A stretch of DNA of 60,683 nucleotides, the filler included. It is 4 parts of 4 records of this genome, joined end to end, with 100 filler letters (N's around TTAATTAATTAA, not from the genome) between each part and the next. Parts side by side here need not be neighbours in the genome. Positions count along the whole stretch, not along the records: positions 1 to 20,339 come from DRR723986_28698; 3 more parts are not named here. The stretch is one strand, 5' to 3'. The position numbers and the translations under genes were made by a program. This document shows positions 10,060-18,324 of this stretch, piece after piece; the first letter of the stretch is position 1, and every line of letters starts with the position of its first letter. The notes below the pieces were generated by a model. The model was given only the letters and a program-made list of their open reading frames with translations. It searched no databases and was not told the DNA's origin.

Positions 10060-10502
10060 ATGCGTTTTTTAGATGTTGAATTTTCAGGAAAAATAAAGAC
10101 ATCCTCAAATTCAGTTGAATCGGCAGGAACGAAATCAAAATTCTGCTGTAACTGTTGGTGATAGCGTTCAAGCATTTCTTCAAAATTATAATGAAGTGAA
10201 TTAAAACTATTGCTTCTTAAACTATCAAGGTACGCTCCCATTTCACCAAAATCGCCTTGTTTAAAATCAAACTGCATCCCGTCACCTGAACCCCAGTAAA
10301 AACTCGTACCATTTTCACTTAAGGGTTTTTCTGAATAAGTAGAATCATAGTTAATAAGATTACCTTCATGATCATACTCCTTCTCAATCACCCAGCTTTT
10401 GACCAAGCCATCTTCCACAATACTGCGTTGCTCCATTCTTTTGTTTTGAGCGTTACCGAGGCTAGTCAACAATAAAGTTGCTAAAAAAATTGCTGCTTTC
10501 AT
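10056..10502 (-). CDS. exported hypothetical protein
   Basis: Signal peptide ending GNA-Q; segment KEYDHEGNLINYDSTYS; Phe/Asp-rich tail. Confidence 0.7.
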   Translation of the reverse strand: MKAAIFLATLLLTSLGNAQNKRMEQRSIVEDGLVKSWVIEKEYDHEGNLINYDSTYSEKPLSENGTSFYWGSGDGMQFDFKQGDFGEMGAYLDSLRSNSFNSLHYNFEEMLERYHQQLQQNFDFVPADSTEFEDVFIFPENSTSKKRI

Positions 10503-10681
10503 CAGTTTAAATTAAAGTTTTTCGTTTATTGGAAACCCATAGCATTAGGGCTTTAGCTTCTGATTCGTTTAAATATTTCATTGCTTTATGATACTCTTTC
10601 CAAAATAATTGTTGATCAAAATTAACTTTTTCTAATACCGTTTTATAAAACTCTAAAAAGGATTTACTCGACTTCATATGC

Positions 10682-11065
10682 CTATAATTTTTTCAAATTA
10701 ATCACCAATACTCCGTTGCGCATTTCTTGTTTAACAGTTTCTTTCATTACCGCACATGGTAAATTAACAGTTCTAATAAATTGAGGAATTGCGAATTCTC
10801 GCACGTAATAATCTTTGGCAGAGTTATCCCCAACTCCGGCCGAAGAAATTACGACATCATGGCCGCGAACAGTGACTCCTATACTTGACTGATTAACCAC
10901 AGGAACGAGAACTTGTACTTCAATTTCATTTCCTCGATTCAACACGTTAATTGAAGGAAAAACATTTACCAATTGATTGGTTTCAGATAAGTAATCTGAT
11001 TGAATCTTAAAATCATCAAAATAGACAGTATTTGGGAATTTATAAAATCGTTTTACTTTGTTCAT
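10682..11065 (-). CDS. divergent Hsp20/alpha-crystallin domain protein
   Basis: FPSINV...QVLVP...YVREF...FIRTVNLP...EMRNGVLVINLKK fits the alpha-crystallin strand pattern. Start placed at MNKVKRF because the upstream in-frame ATG runs into a hairpin. Confidence 0.7.
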   Translation of the reverse strand: MNKVKRFYKFPNTVYFDDFKIQSDYLSETNQLVNVFPSINVLNRGNEIEVQVLVPVVNQSSIGVTVRGHDVVISSAGVGDNSAKDYYVREFAIPQFIRTVNLPCAVMKETVKQEMRNGVLVINLKKL

Positions 11066-11079
11066 AGTTATTCCATTTA

Positions 11080-11101
11080 AAGGAGGCCGCGAAGCCTCCT
11101 T
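11080..11101 (-). terminator. stem-loop between the two Hsp20-like genes (weak terminator or processing site)
   Basis: Minus strand AAGGAGGC-TTCGCG-GCCTCCTT, with only a short U tail. Confidence 0.45.
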
Positions 11102-11134
11102 CATTGATAATAAATAAAAATAAAGGGCGTGATT

Positions 11135-11470
11135 TTAATCTACCCAACCAAGTTGCAAACCGTTTCTGTCGATTTTAACATGTACGTCTTTTACTGAAAT
11201 ACCTTCAGGTAAAATATAGGAACGATAAAACCCATAGGTTGAATACCTGTTCCATGGACAATATCTTTCGTCTTCTTCAACTACGATATTAAAATCACCA
11301 TCAACAATGATAATACCTTCTTCAGCATCAACGTGCACATTGCTTTCTTGGACACCTACTGCAGGAATTTTCATATGGTAAACAGGTTCACCTTCTTTGT
11401 GAACAAAAGGAAAGTAGTCAGGAATCAGACCACTAATCCTCTGGATGGAATTATTCAATTTTTCTTTCAT
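11135..11470 (-). CDS. divergent Hsp20/alpha-crystallin domain protein
   Basis: YHMKIPAVGV...VHVDAEEGIIIVDG...YGFYRSYILPEGI...VHVKID-NGLQL. Confidence 0.65.
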   Translation of the reverse strand: MKEKLNNSIQRISGLIPDYFPFVHKEGEPVYHMKIPAVGVQESNVHVDAEEGIIIVDGDFNIVVEEDERYCPWNRYSTYGFYRSYILPEGISVKDVHVKIDRNGLQLGWVD

Positions 11471-11580
11471 AACAATCAGTTTTAAAGTGTTTAACTAAAA
11501 TTCAATTCGTTACTCTTGTCGAGCGAACTCGACCAAAAAAAATATTCCGAACAGCCGTAACAACCATTCACTCATGAATC

Positions 11581-11597
11581 TACAAAAATTTTGCCAA
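11581..11597 (-). promoter_or_regulatory. sigma54-type -24/-12 promoter for the Hsp20-like pair
   Basis: Minus strand TTGGCAAAATTTTTGTA = GG-N10-GT, one mismatch at the -12 GC. Confidence 0.55.
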
Positions 11598-11606
11598 ATT
11601 CACAAA

Positions 11607-11659
11607 CTGAAAAATTGTCAGAAAATAAAAGTAATTCTGACAGAAAAATGTCAGTGTCA
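11607..11659. promoter_or_regulatory. cluster of CTGACA/TGTCAG inverted repeats upstream of the sigma54-type promoter
   Basis: CTGAAA-AAT-TGTCAG (11607-11621), CTGACA-GAAAAA-TGTCAG (11637-11654) and an extra TGTCA (11655-11659). Confidence 0.55.
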
Positions 11660-12328
11660 TTCACTCAATTTCACCAGTTCTGTTCTTCTATTCAATGCTT
11701 TACCATTTTCAGAATCGTTATCGGCTATTGGCTTTGATTCTCCATACCCCTTATAACTGAGTTGATCTGGATTCACACCAATCGCCACTAAATATAGTCG
11801 AACATTTTGGGCACGCTCTTGCGATAAATTCAGATTAAAATCCTCAGAGCCATCCGCATCAGTATGTCCAGCAATCTCAAATTTTTCATCTTCACGATTA
11901 GATAAATAAACAGCAAGTTTATCCAGAATTTGATAAGATGCTTCTTGAATTTTAGCGGAACCCGGTTCGAAGTTCAAATTCTCAATGGTAAAATTGTCCT
12001 CTGCTTCGTACAACACATGAATGCGCACTTTATTATAGATTTTATTCCCGTCTAATTCAGGGATGTTCACGTCTGCTTCTTTTTTTACTTGATCGGCTTG
12101 CTTTAATTTAATGTGATAGGTACCAGCTACTAAGCGTGTATCAAAAATTCCAACGTCATTGGTAGTTTTTGTCATCAGCAAGTTGCCATCTGTGGTATAA
12201 ATTTCAATATCAGAACTACTGACGGGATTTTCATTGAAATCAGAGACAAAAAATTCAGTAGTGAAATCGTCCTGACTAAATGCGAAGCCCGTTACTAGGC
12301 ACAAAGGGAGCAATAATTTCTTTTTCAT
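11657..12328 (-). CDS. OmpA-like peptidoglycan-binding domain protein with N-terminal beta-sandwich domain
   Basis: Signal peptide; IAGHTDADGS...NLNLSQERAQNV...GYGESKP...NRRTE. Confidence 0.9.
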   Translation of the reverse strand: MKKKLLLPLCLVTGFAFSQDDFTTEFFVSDFNENPVSSSDIEIYTTDGNLLMTKTTNDVGIFDTRLVAGTYHIKLKQADQVKKEADVNIPELDGNKIYNKVRIHVLYEAEDNFTIENLNFEPGSAKIQEASYQILDKLAVYLSNREDEKFEIAGHTDADGSEDFNLNLSQERAQNVRLYLVAIGVNPDQLSYKGYGESKPIADNDSENGKALNRRTELVKLSE

Positions 12329-12450
12329 AACATCTTGTTTTTTAATTGATGTCAGAAAATTGAGAGAGGTAACCTTTTATTAATCTATAAAATATCAAAA
12401 TACAAACCTAACGGCTTTAGCTTGGTGGTTCAAATTGTATAATCTTATAG

Positions 12451-12858
12451 CTAAGCTTTTTTAGTTACTTGAATTTGATGTTTACGCATATTTAATTCTG
12501 GCAGTCCTTTCAGTCCGGTAATTGCGATTGATTTTGTCTTTTTGTTTATTGATAGATCGAAATCAAAACTTATAGAAATATCGTTTGATACATTTACCTT
12601 GATGTCAAGATTGTCTTCGTTTTCAGCAGTCTCGGTAAAAGAACCATACAGCTGCATGCTTCCACAGTGATACCATAAATAATTTTCTCTTAATACAACT
12701 GCGAGATTATAACCTGAAGCTTGAACGGTGCGGCCATTGTCTTCAAATTCAAAGTCTGGTATTGTTGTTTCATATCTTCCTAATAATTTATTAGGAATTT
12801 CAAATGAGTATGATAATGTCGTGCAAAGTAATAATGTGAGGAGTGTTAAATTTTTCAT
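12451..12858 (-). CDS. exported hypothetical protein
   Basis: Signal peptide; 135 aa beta-rich ORF. Confidence 0.7.
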   Translation of the reverse strand: MKNLTLLTLLLCTTLSYSFEIPNKLLGRYETTIPDFEFEDNGRTVQASGYNLAVVLRENYLWYHCGSMQLYGSFTETAENEDNLDIKVNVSNDISISFDFDLSINKKTKSIAITGLKGLPELNMRKHQIQVTKKA

Positions 12859-13397
12859 GTCTGTGTATTTAGTTTGTGGTCCTAAAAAGTTAGCGATTAA
12901 TCCCCGTTAGACCATACAAAACGGACATTAATAAAAAGATCGAAAATCAGTTATTAACTTCTTTAATCGATTAAACCAAGGGATGCGTCATTTTTACTAA
13001 GAACAATTTTCAGTAGAAATACGCTCGTCTTTTAGGAAAATACGATCTCAATGCGGTTTTGGATTTAACTACAGCGAAATTATTTAATGTCCTTTGTCCT
13101 TTTGTCATATCTACAAAAGGACCAAAAAATCTAGCTGAAGGCTCGGCCTTAGGAAACCGCTTTTCTGCCTGCAACTTATTCTTATCAATAAAAAATTCGG
13201 CTGGATGATTTCTCCATTACATTCCGAACTTTCCAGTCTCATTAATTATTGATTGCGAAACATTTTGTCAGAAAAGAATGGTGTTCAAAATTTGAAAACG
13301 TAACAAGACTAGAGGTTTGAATTAAAGTTTAGCTCACAGACAAAAAAACCACCATTCAACAAAGAACAGTGGTTTACAAATGTATTTTTATTGAAGT

Positions 13398-14291
13398 TTA
13401 AGCTTCAGCCAATGCAGCACTTTCAGTTGGGAAAGCTCTATCAACTTTTTTGAATAGGCCTTGTAATACTTTTCCTGGACCTACTTCTACAACAGATGAA
13501 CAGCCATCAGCAATCATTTGATTCATGGTTTGTGTCCATTTTACTGGTGCAGTCAATTGTGCAATTAGATTTTGTTTAATCTCTGTTGGATCCACCACTG
13601 CGCTCGCCGTTACATTTTGATAAACAGGACAATTTGGAGTTGAAAATTCAGTTGCTTCTATTGCAGCGGCTAATTCAGCTCTTGCTGGCTCCATTAATGG
13701 CGAGTGAAATGCCCCACCCACTGGTAGCTTTAACGCACGTCTTGCACCTTTTTCTAGCAAAATTTCACATGCCTTATCAATTCCAGGTACAGATCCTGAA
13801 ATCACCAATTGACCTGGGCAGTTATAATTTGCTGCAACCACTACTTCGTCAATTGATGCGCAAACGTCCTCTACCACCTTATCTTCTAAATTCAAGATAG
13901 CAGCCATTGTTGAAGGTTCTGCCTCACAAGCTTTTTGCATAGCAAGCGCTCTTTGCGAAACTAATTTCAAGCCATCTTCAAATGTCAAAGTACCATTCGC
14001 CACTAAAGCAGATAATTCACCTAAAGAATGTCCAGCCACCATTTCTGGTTTAAAATCATCTCCCAATACCTTAGATAAAATAACCGAATGTAAAAAGATA
14101 GCAGGCTGAGTCACCTTTGTTTGCTTCAATTCTTCATCTGTTCCTGAGAACATAATATCGGTGATTCTGAATCCTAAAATTTCGTTTGCCTTTTCAAACA
14201 AATCTTTTGCAACCGTTGAATTATCGTATAAATCTTTACCCATTCCAACGAATTGCGCTCCTTGACCTGGAAAAACGTATGCTTTACTCAT
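13398..14291 (-). CDS. fabD: malonyl-CoA:ACP transacylase
   Basis: FPGQGAQ, TQPAIF, catalytic GHSLGE and GAFHS. Confidence 0.96.
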   Translation of the reverse strand: MSKAYVFPGQGAQFVGMGKDLYDNSTVAKDLFEKANEILGFRITDIMFSGTDEELKQTKVTQPAIFLHSVILSKVLGDDFKPEMVAGHSLGELSALVANGTLTFEDGLKLVSQRALAMQKACEAEPSTMAAILNLEDKVVEDVCASIDEVVVAANYNCPGQLVISGSVPGIDKACEILLEKGARRALKLPVGGAFHSPLMEPARAELAAAIEATEFSTPNCPVYQNVTASAVVDPTEIKQNLIAQLTAPVKWTQTMNQMIADGCSSVVEVGPGKVLQGLFKKVDRAFPTESAALAEA

Positions 14292-14407
14292 ATAATTTTT
14301 ATTTTAATACTATTCGTGAATTCGGAGCTTATCGTTTGAGATTTCTATAAGCTCATCATCTCCTCAATTCACTTTAATTTTTTCTTGGATTTAAAGGTCA
14401 AAGTTAA

Positions 14408-14438
14408 TAAAAAACCCCTCACTAAAAAGTGAGGGGTT
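14408..14438 (-). terminator. intrinsic terminator after the retropepsin gene
   Basis: Minus strand AACCCCTCACT-TTTT-AGTGAGGGGTT followed by a U tract. Confidence 0.8.
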
Positions 14439-14485
14439 CCCATGAAAAATTGTTTCACTTTCTCGAAACATTTGCTTACTAAAAG

Positions 14486-14980
14486 TTATTTAAAATAGAG
14501 CATAAGCATAGGGTAATCTATGATCATCCCAAAAGATTTTAATAAATCTGCACCGATAACTCCGTCAACGGGATCAATTCCCATTTGTTCAAGAGCGGTG
14601 TTTACATGATCTAAGTTCATAATCATTAAGGTGACCTGTTTTTGTTTTACATCTTTTATTTGAACTGTATTTGATTTTGATACCTCAAGCTTCATATTCG
14701 CTCCACCAGCACCCGCAGCCAATTCAGAAGAAGACTCATTTATTAATCGAAATTTCGAATAAACTGATTTATCTATTACGGTTCCACCAGCACCTGTATC
14801 CAAAATAAAATCTCCTTCTTCGCCGTTAATCTTCATTTTTAAAAAAAGGTGACCAGAAATCAACTGCTCAAGCTGTATTGACGAATAGCCTTGCTTCTTC
14901 AAAGTTTTGGATAAATCAAAATCCTGTCCAAACAAAAAAGCGGTAAACAATAAATAAAATGCTAAAATTCCTATCCTCAT
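14486..14980 (-). CDS. exported retropepsin-like (clan AA) aspartic protease, single lobe
   Basis: Signal peptide; FILDTGAGGTVI and DGVIGADLL motifs. Confidence 0.85.
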   Translation of the reverse strand: MRIGILAFYLLFTAFLFGQDFDLSKTLKKQGYSSIQLEQLISGHLFLKMKINGEEGDFILDTGAGGTVIDKSVYSKFRLINESSSELAAGAGGANMKLEVSKSNTVQIKDVKQKQVTLMIMNLDHVNTALEQMGIDPVDGVIGADLLKSFGMIIDYPMLMLYFK

Positions 14981-15996
14981 TATTCAACAATTAATTTTTC
15001 CATCAACTTCTCAGATCCATGATCTACCTGAATAATGTAAACCCCTTTTTCCCATTTGGATACATCTAAGGTTTTATTAAACTGACCTTTATATTCCCCT
15101 AATTGCATTTTTGCAAGAGTAGCACCTCTCATATCCGTGATTAAAATTGAAGTTGGGGCTTTATCTGCAAAATTCAATTGCAATTCAGTGGTTGAATTTG
15201 AAGGGTTTGGAAATACTTTGAAAACCGGTACTTCTTTATTTTCTTTATTCAACATGGTTTTTGTGCTAGGATCAGTTGAAGGGTCTGAAACAATTACCAA
15301 GGTGAAATCTTCGGCATCTCCCCAAACAGCAACTTCCATATGATGATTATCACCTGAAACTTCTTTATGATAATCTGCGCCCTCTGCATCAATCGAATGC
15401 CATTCTAAGTTAGTTCCATCTCCGTCAACTTCTTCTTCAGAAATGATCATCTTTTTTACAATAACTTGACCAGAATCACCTTCATGACCTTCCATGGCAA
15501 CAGCAATTAAACTGTCAATATTGATTCCTTCTAGTAATTGATCAACTTCTACCTGAATGTCCACATCTTCACCACCTTCTGTTTTAATTACCTTTTTCTC
15601 AATTCTTATTTCATGATTTCCATCTGCATTTTCTATTTGCTGAATATCTTCAGTTTCTTCGTCCATTTGAATCATCACCACTTTATGTTCTCCATTACCA
15701 TCATCATCACTTGAGAAAGTAAACTCATTCGTTGTACCATTTTGAGTAAAATCAATAATGCTGATTTCGTTATCGTTTGCAAAGCCTAAATCTGCCAAGT
15801 AATCATTTGGTGAATAGTTTGAATTCACGGCTACTGTAGTATCGTATACAGTGGTTTGACCATTAACCATTCTAATCACTTCATAATTTTTCATCTCAGG
15901 TTGATCAGGATTATCTGAAGAAGCAAAAGAAAATACTGCCGCCGTGAGCGCTACTGCACCAACTCCAGCCAAAATTTTAGTTCCTACGTTTTTCAT
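14980..15996 (-). CDS. acidic T9SS cargo protein of unknown function with type A C-terminal sorting domain
   Basis: Signal peptide; CTD KVFPNPS...ITDMRG...GVYIIQV...EKLIVE; Asp/Glu-rich core; stop overlaps the next start (TAATG). Confidence 0.8.
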   Translation of the reverse strand: MKNVGTKILAGVGAVALTAAVFSFASSDNPDQPEMKNYEVIRMVNGQTTVYDTTVAVNSNYSPNDYLADLGFANDNEISIIDFTQNGTTNEFTFSSDDDGNGEHKVVMIQMDEETEDIQQIENADGNHEIRIEKKVIKTEGGEDVDIQVEVDQLLEGINIDSLIAVAMEGHEGDSGQVIVKKMIISEEEVDGDGTNLEWHSIDAEGADYHKEVSGDNHHMEVAVWGDAEDFTLVIVSDPSTDPSTKTMLNKENKEVPVFKVFPNPSNSTTELQLNFADKAPTSILITDMRGATLAKMQLGEYKGQFNKTLDVSKWEKGVYIIQVDHGSEKLMEKLIVE

Positions 15997-16029
15997 AATT
16001 CAATTTTTACGTTATCAATTTGTTTGAGA

Positions 16030-16037
16030 CAAAGTTA
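16030..16037 (-). promoter_or_regulatory. -7 promoter element (TAACTTTG) for the T9SS cargo-retropepsin operon
   Basis: Matches TAnnTTTG, 33 nt before the ATG. Confidence 0.55.
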
Positions 16038-16097
16038 GGTTGAGCAATGGCCTAATGAGGTTAAAGTTAAGCAAATGCGAGGTTAAAAAAGGTTAAA
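16037..16097. promoter_or_regulatory. helically phased AGGTTAAA direct repeats (candidate OmpR-family binding site)
   Basis: AGGTTAAA at 16058, 16080 and 16090, plus degenerate AGGTTGAG at 16037; spacings 21, 22 and 10 nt. Confidence 0.6.
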
Positions 16098-16099
16098 GT

Positions 16100-16132
16100 T
16101 TTGGCCCTATCTTTACAATGCCCCTACCTTTG
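16100..16132 (+). promoter_or_regulatory. Bacteroidota -33/-7 promoter for the two-component operon
   Basis: TTTG-N21-TACCTTTG, ending 4 nt before the ATG at 16137. Confidence 0.6.
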
Positions 16133-16136
16133 AATT

Positions 16137-17642
16137 ATGTCGAATAAAAGCATCCCTTTATTAATTACAGCCATGGTCATTGCCTTGGTAGGGATTATCG
16201 TGATTCAATATAAATGGATTGATAACAGTTTGGATGCTAAACAAAAACTGATTGATAAGAATGTGATGCTCGCCGTATCGAACGTTGAGCAACAGTTGAA
16301 CGATCACCGCGCAATGGCTTTCATTTCAGATTCTCTGTTGAACGAATTTAACTTTGAAGAAATCATTGAAATTGGTGATACGCAAATAATCCATAATGAA
16401 TATCAAGGTGATAGTTTGAAAAAGATTGAGGTCAAGGTGTTGAGCTCTCACACAATGGATGACATAGAAGAAAACGAAACGCAAATTATTGTTCAAAGCA
16501 ATTCTAATCAAGTAGTGGAATACAAGTCTGACAGTTTATCTTTCACACATTTTTCTGATGAACTGGGTCAGGTAGAATCACTGATCAATCGGATGAAAAT
16601 TGAAGTTCATTCAACCAAAGGAGATATCAGACTGGATAGTAATCACGTTGTTGGCCTCTTAAGCTCTGAACTTGCCGCCAATAATCTCGGCGAAATTAAG
16701 GATTGGGGGATTTTTGACAATCAAGAAGCACAGTATCGTATTGAGCCACAACAGGTCACTTTGATTCAATATGACATTCCGTTGTTTACCACGGATATTA
16801 TGAATCCAGGAAGATATGATTTGCAATTGAGACTGGACACAGACGCTTTAATTTGGCGAGAAATCACTTTTATGATCGTTCTTTCTTTAGTCTTTATATT
16901 AGTGATCTCCTCCGTATTTGCTTACAGTATTCGTTTGATTATCAAACATAAAAAAATCTCTCAAATCAAGTCAGACTTCATCAACAATATGACGCACGAA
17001 TTCAAGACTCCTTTGGCTTCAATTTCACTTGCTGCAGATTCATTACTGCATCCAAACAACGATTTAAACAGAAGTACGGTAGAAAAATACGTAGGCATCA
17101 TCAAACAAGAAAAAACCAAATTAAATCAGCAAGTTGAGCGAATATTAGAGGTGGCCTCTTTAAACAAAGACGCTCTAGATATCCCGATTTCTAGCGTTCA
17201 TCTGGGCAATGCTGTATCATCTGCAATTGATAACTTGGCCCTGTACATTGAAAAAGAGCAGGCTGAGATTATTTTTGAGGGAACTGAGCTTCATGTTATG
17301 GCCAACGCCTATCATTTAGAAAATGTAATCATTAATCTTATCGAGAACGGAATTAAATATTCAGGAGAAAAGCCGAAAATTGAAATCAAGATTTCTGAAG
17401 AAAATAATGCTTGTCAGTTGACAGTTAAAGATCAAGGGATAGGCATGTCAAAAGAACAAATCACGAAGGCTTTTGATAATTTTTATCGAGTACAATCAGG
17501 CAACTTGCATGACACTAAAGGATTTGGGTTAGGCCTAAGTTACGCCAAACTTGTTATAGAAAAAATGAACGGGTCTATTGAATTAAAGAGTTCAATTAGC
17601 AATGGAACTGAAGCAATTATAAAATTGAAACGAGATGCATAA
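16137..17642 (+). CDS. membrane sensor histidine kinase (HisKA + HATPase)
   Basis: Two TM segments around a periplasmic domain; H-box NNMTHEFKTPL, N-box NLIENGIKYS and G boxes DQGIG and GFGLGL. Confidence 0.93.
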   Translation: MSNKSIPLLITAMVIALVGIIVIQYKWIDNSLDAKQKLIDKNVMLAVSNVEQQLNDHRAMAFISDSLLNEFNFEEIIEIGDTQIIHNEYQGDSLKKIEVKVLSSHTMDDIEENETQIIVQSNSNQVVEYKSDSLSFTHFSDELGQVESLINRMKIEVHSTKGDIRLDSNHVVGLLSSELAANNLGEIKDWGIFDNQEAQYRIEPQQVTLIQYDIPLFTTDIMNPGRYDLQLRLDTDALIWREITFMIVLSLVFILVISSVFAYSIRLIIKHKKISQIKSDFINNMTHEFKTPLASISLAADSLLHPNNDLNRSTVEKYVGIIKQEKTKLNQQVERILEVASLNKDALDIPISSVHLGNAVSSAIDNLALYIEKEQAEIIFEGTELHVMANAYHLENVIINLIENGIKYSGEKPKIEIKISEENNACQLTVKDQGIGMSKEQITKAFDNFYRVQSGNLHDTKGFGLGLSYAKLVIEKMNGSIELKSSISNGTEAIIKLKRDA

Positions 17643-18324
17643 AATACTTTTGGTCGAAGACGAAGAGAATTTTGGTTCTCTGATGAAGAACTATCTTGAA
17701 TTATCAAGATATGAAGTTACTTGGGCTAAAAATGGTTCCGAGGCCTATTCAATCGTCATGCAAAACGATTTTGATTTATGTATTCTAGATGTCATGATGC
17801 CGCATATGGACGGTTTTACATTAGGAGAGAAAATAAAAGATCAAAAAGATGTCCCCTTTTTCTTTTTAACTGCTAAAAACCAAAAAGAAGATTTAATCAA
17901 AGGCTATGAAATTGGGGCAGATGATTATTTAACCAAGCCTTTTGACACAGAAGTATTGCTGCTCAAAATAAAAGCCTTGTTAAATAGAACTGCTGACGTC
18001 TCTAATTTACCTGAGCAAAAGAATGAATACCAATTCGGAACTTTCGAATTTTCACCAACATCACGCATTTTAAGGCATGCTACGGGTGATAAAAAACTCT
18101 CACCAAAAGAAGCCATGTTACTTGATTTGTTATGTCGATATCAAGGTGAAATCATGCCGAGAGATGTGGCATTAGATAGTATCTGGAAACAAAACGATTA
18201 CTTTACTAAACGCAGCATGGACGTCTATATTGGTAAGTTACGTAAGTACCTATCGGTAGATAAACATCTTAAAATTGAAACATTTCATCAAATGGGATTT
18301 CAATTGATGATACTCGAAGATTAA
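17635..18324 (+). CDS. OmpR/PhoB family response regulator
   Basis: Receiver LLVEDE...LDVMMP...KPF; winged helix RSMDVYIGKLRKYL. Confidence 0.93.
   Translation: MHKILLVEDEENFGSLMKNYLELSRYEVTWAKNGSEAYSIVMQNDFDLCILDVMMPHMDGFTLGEKIKDQKDVPFFFLTAKNQKEDLIKGYEIGADDYLTKPFDTEVLLLKIKALLNRTADVSNLPEQKNEYQFGTFEFSPTSRILRHATGDKKLSPKEAMLLDLLCRYQGEIMPRDVALDSIWKQNDYFTKRSMDVYIGKLRKYLSVDKHLKIETFHQMGFQLMILED

Noticed and set aside
13055..13145. SAM-II riboswitch resemblance (GATTTAAC ... AAATCTAGCTGAAGG)
   Set aside because: The expected pseudoknot-pairing segment and P1 geometry are missing, and no methionine/SAM gene follows on that strand.
13010..13216. Open minus-strand stretch of about 68 codons (WRNHPAEFF...RRAYFY)
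   Set aside because: A stop lies immediately upstream, there is no start at its 5' end, and no motif is recognisable.
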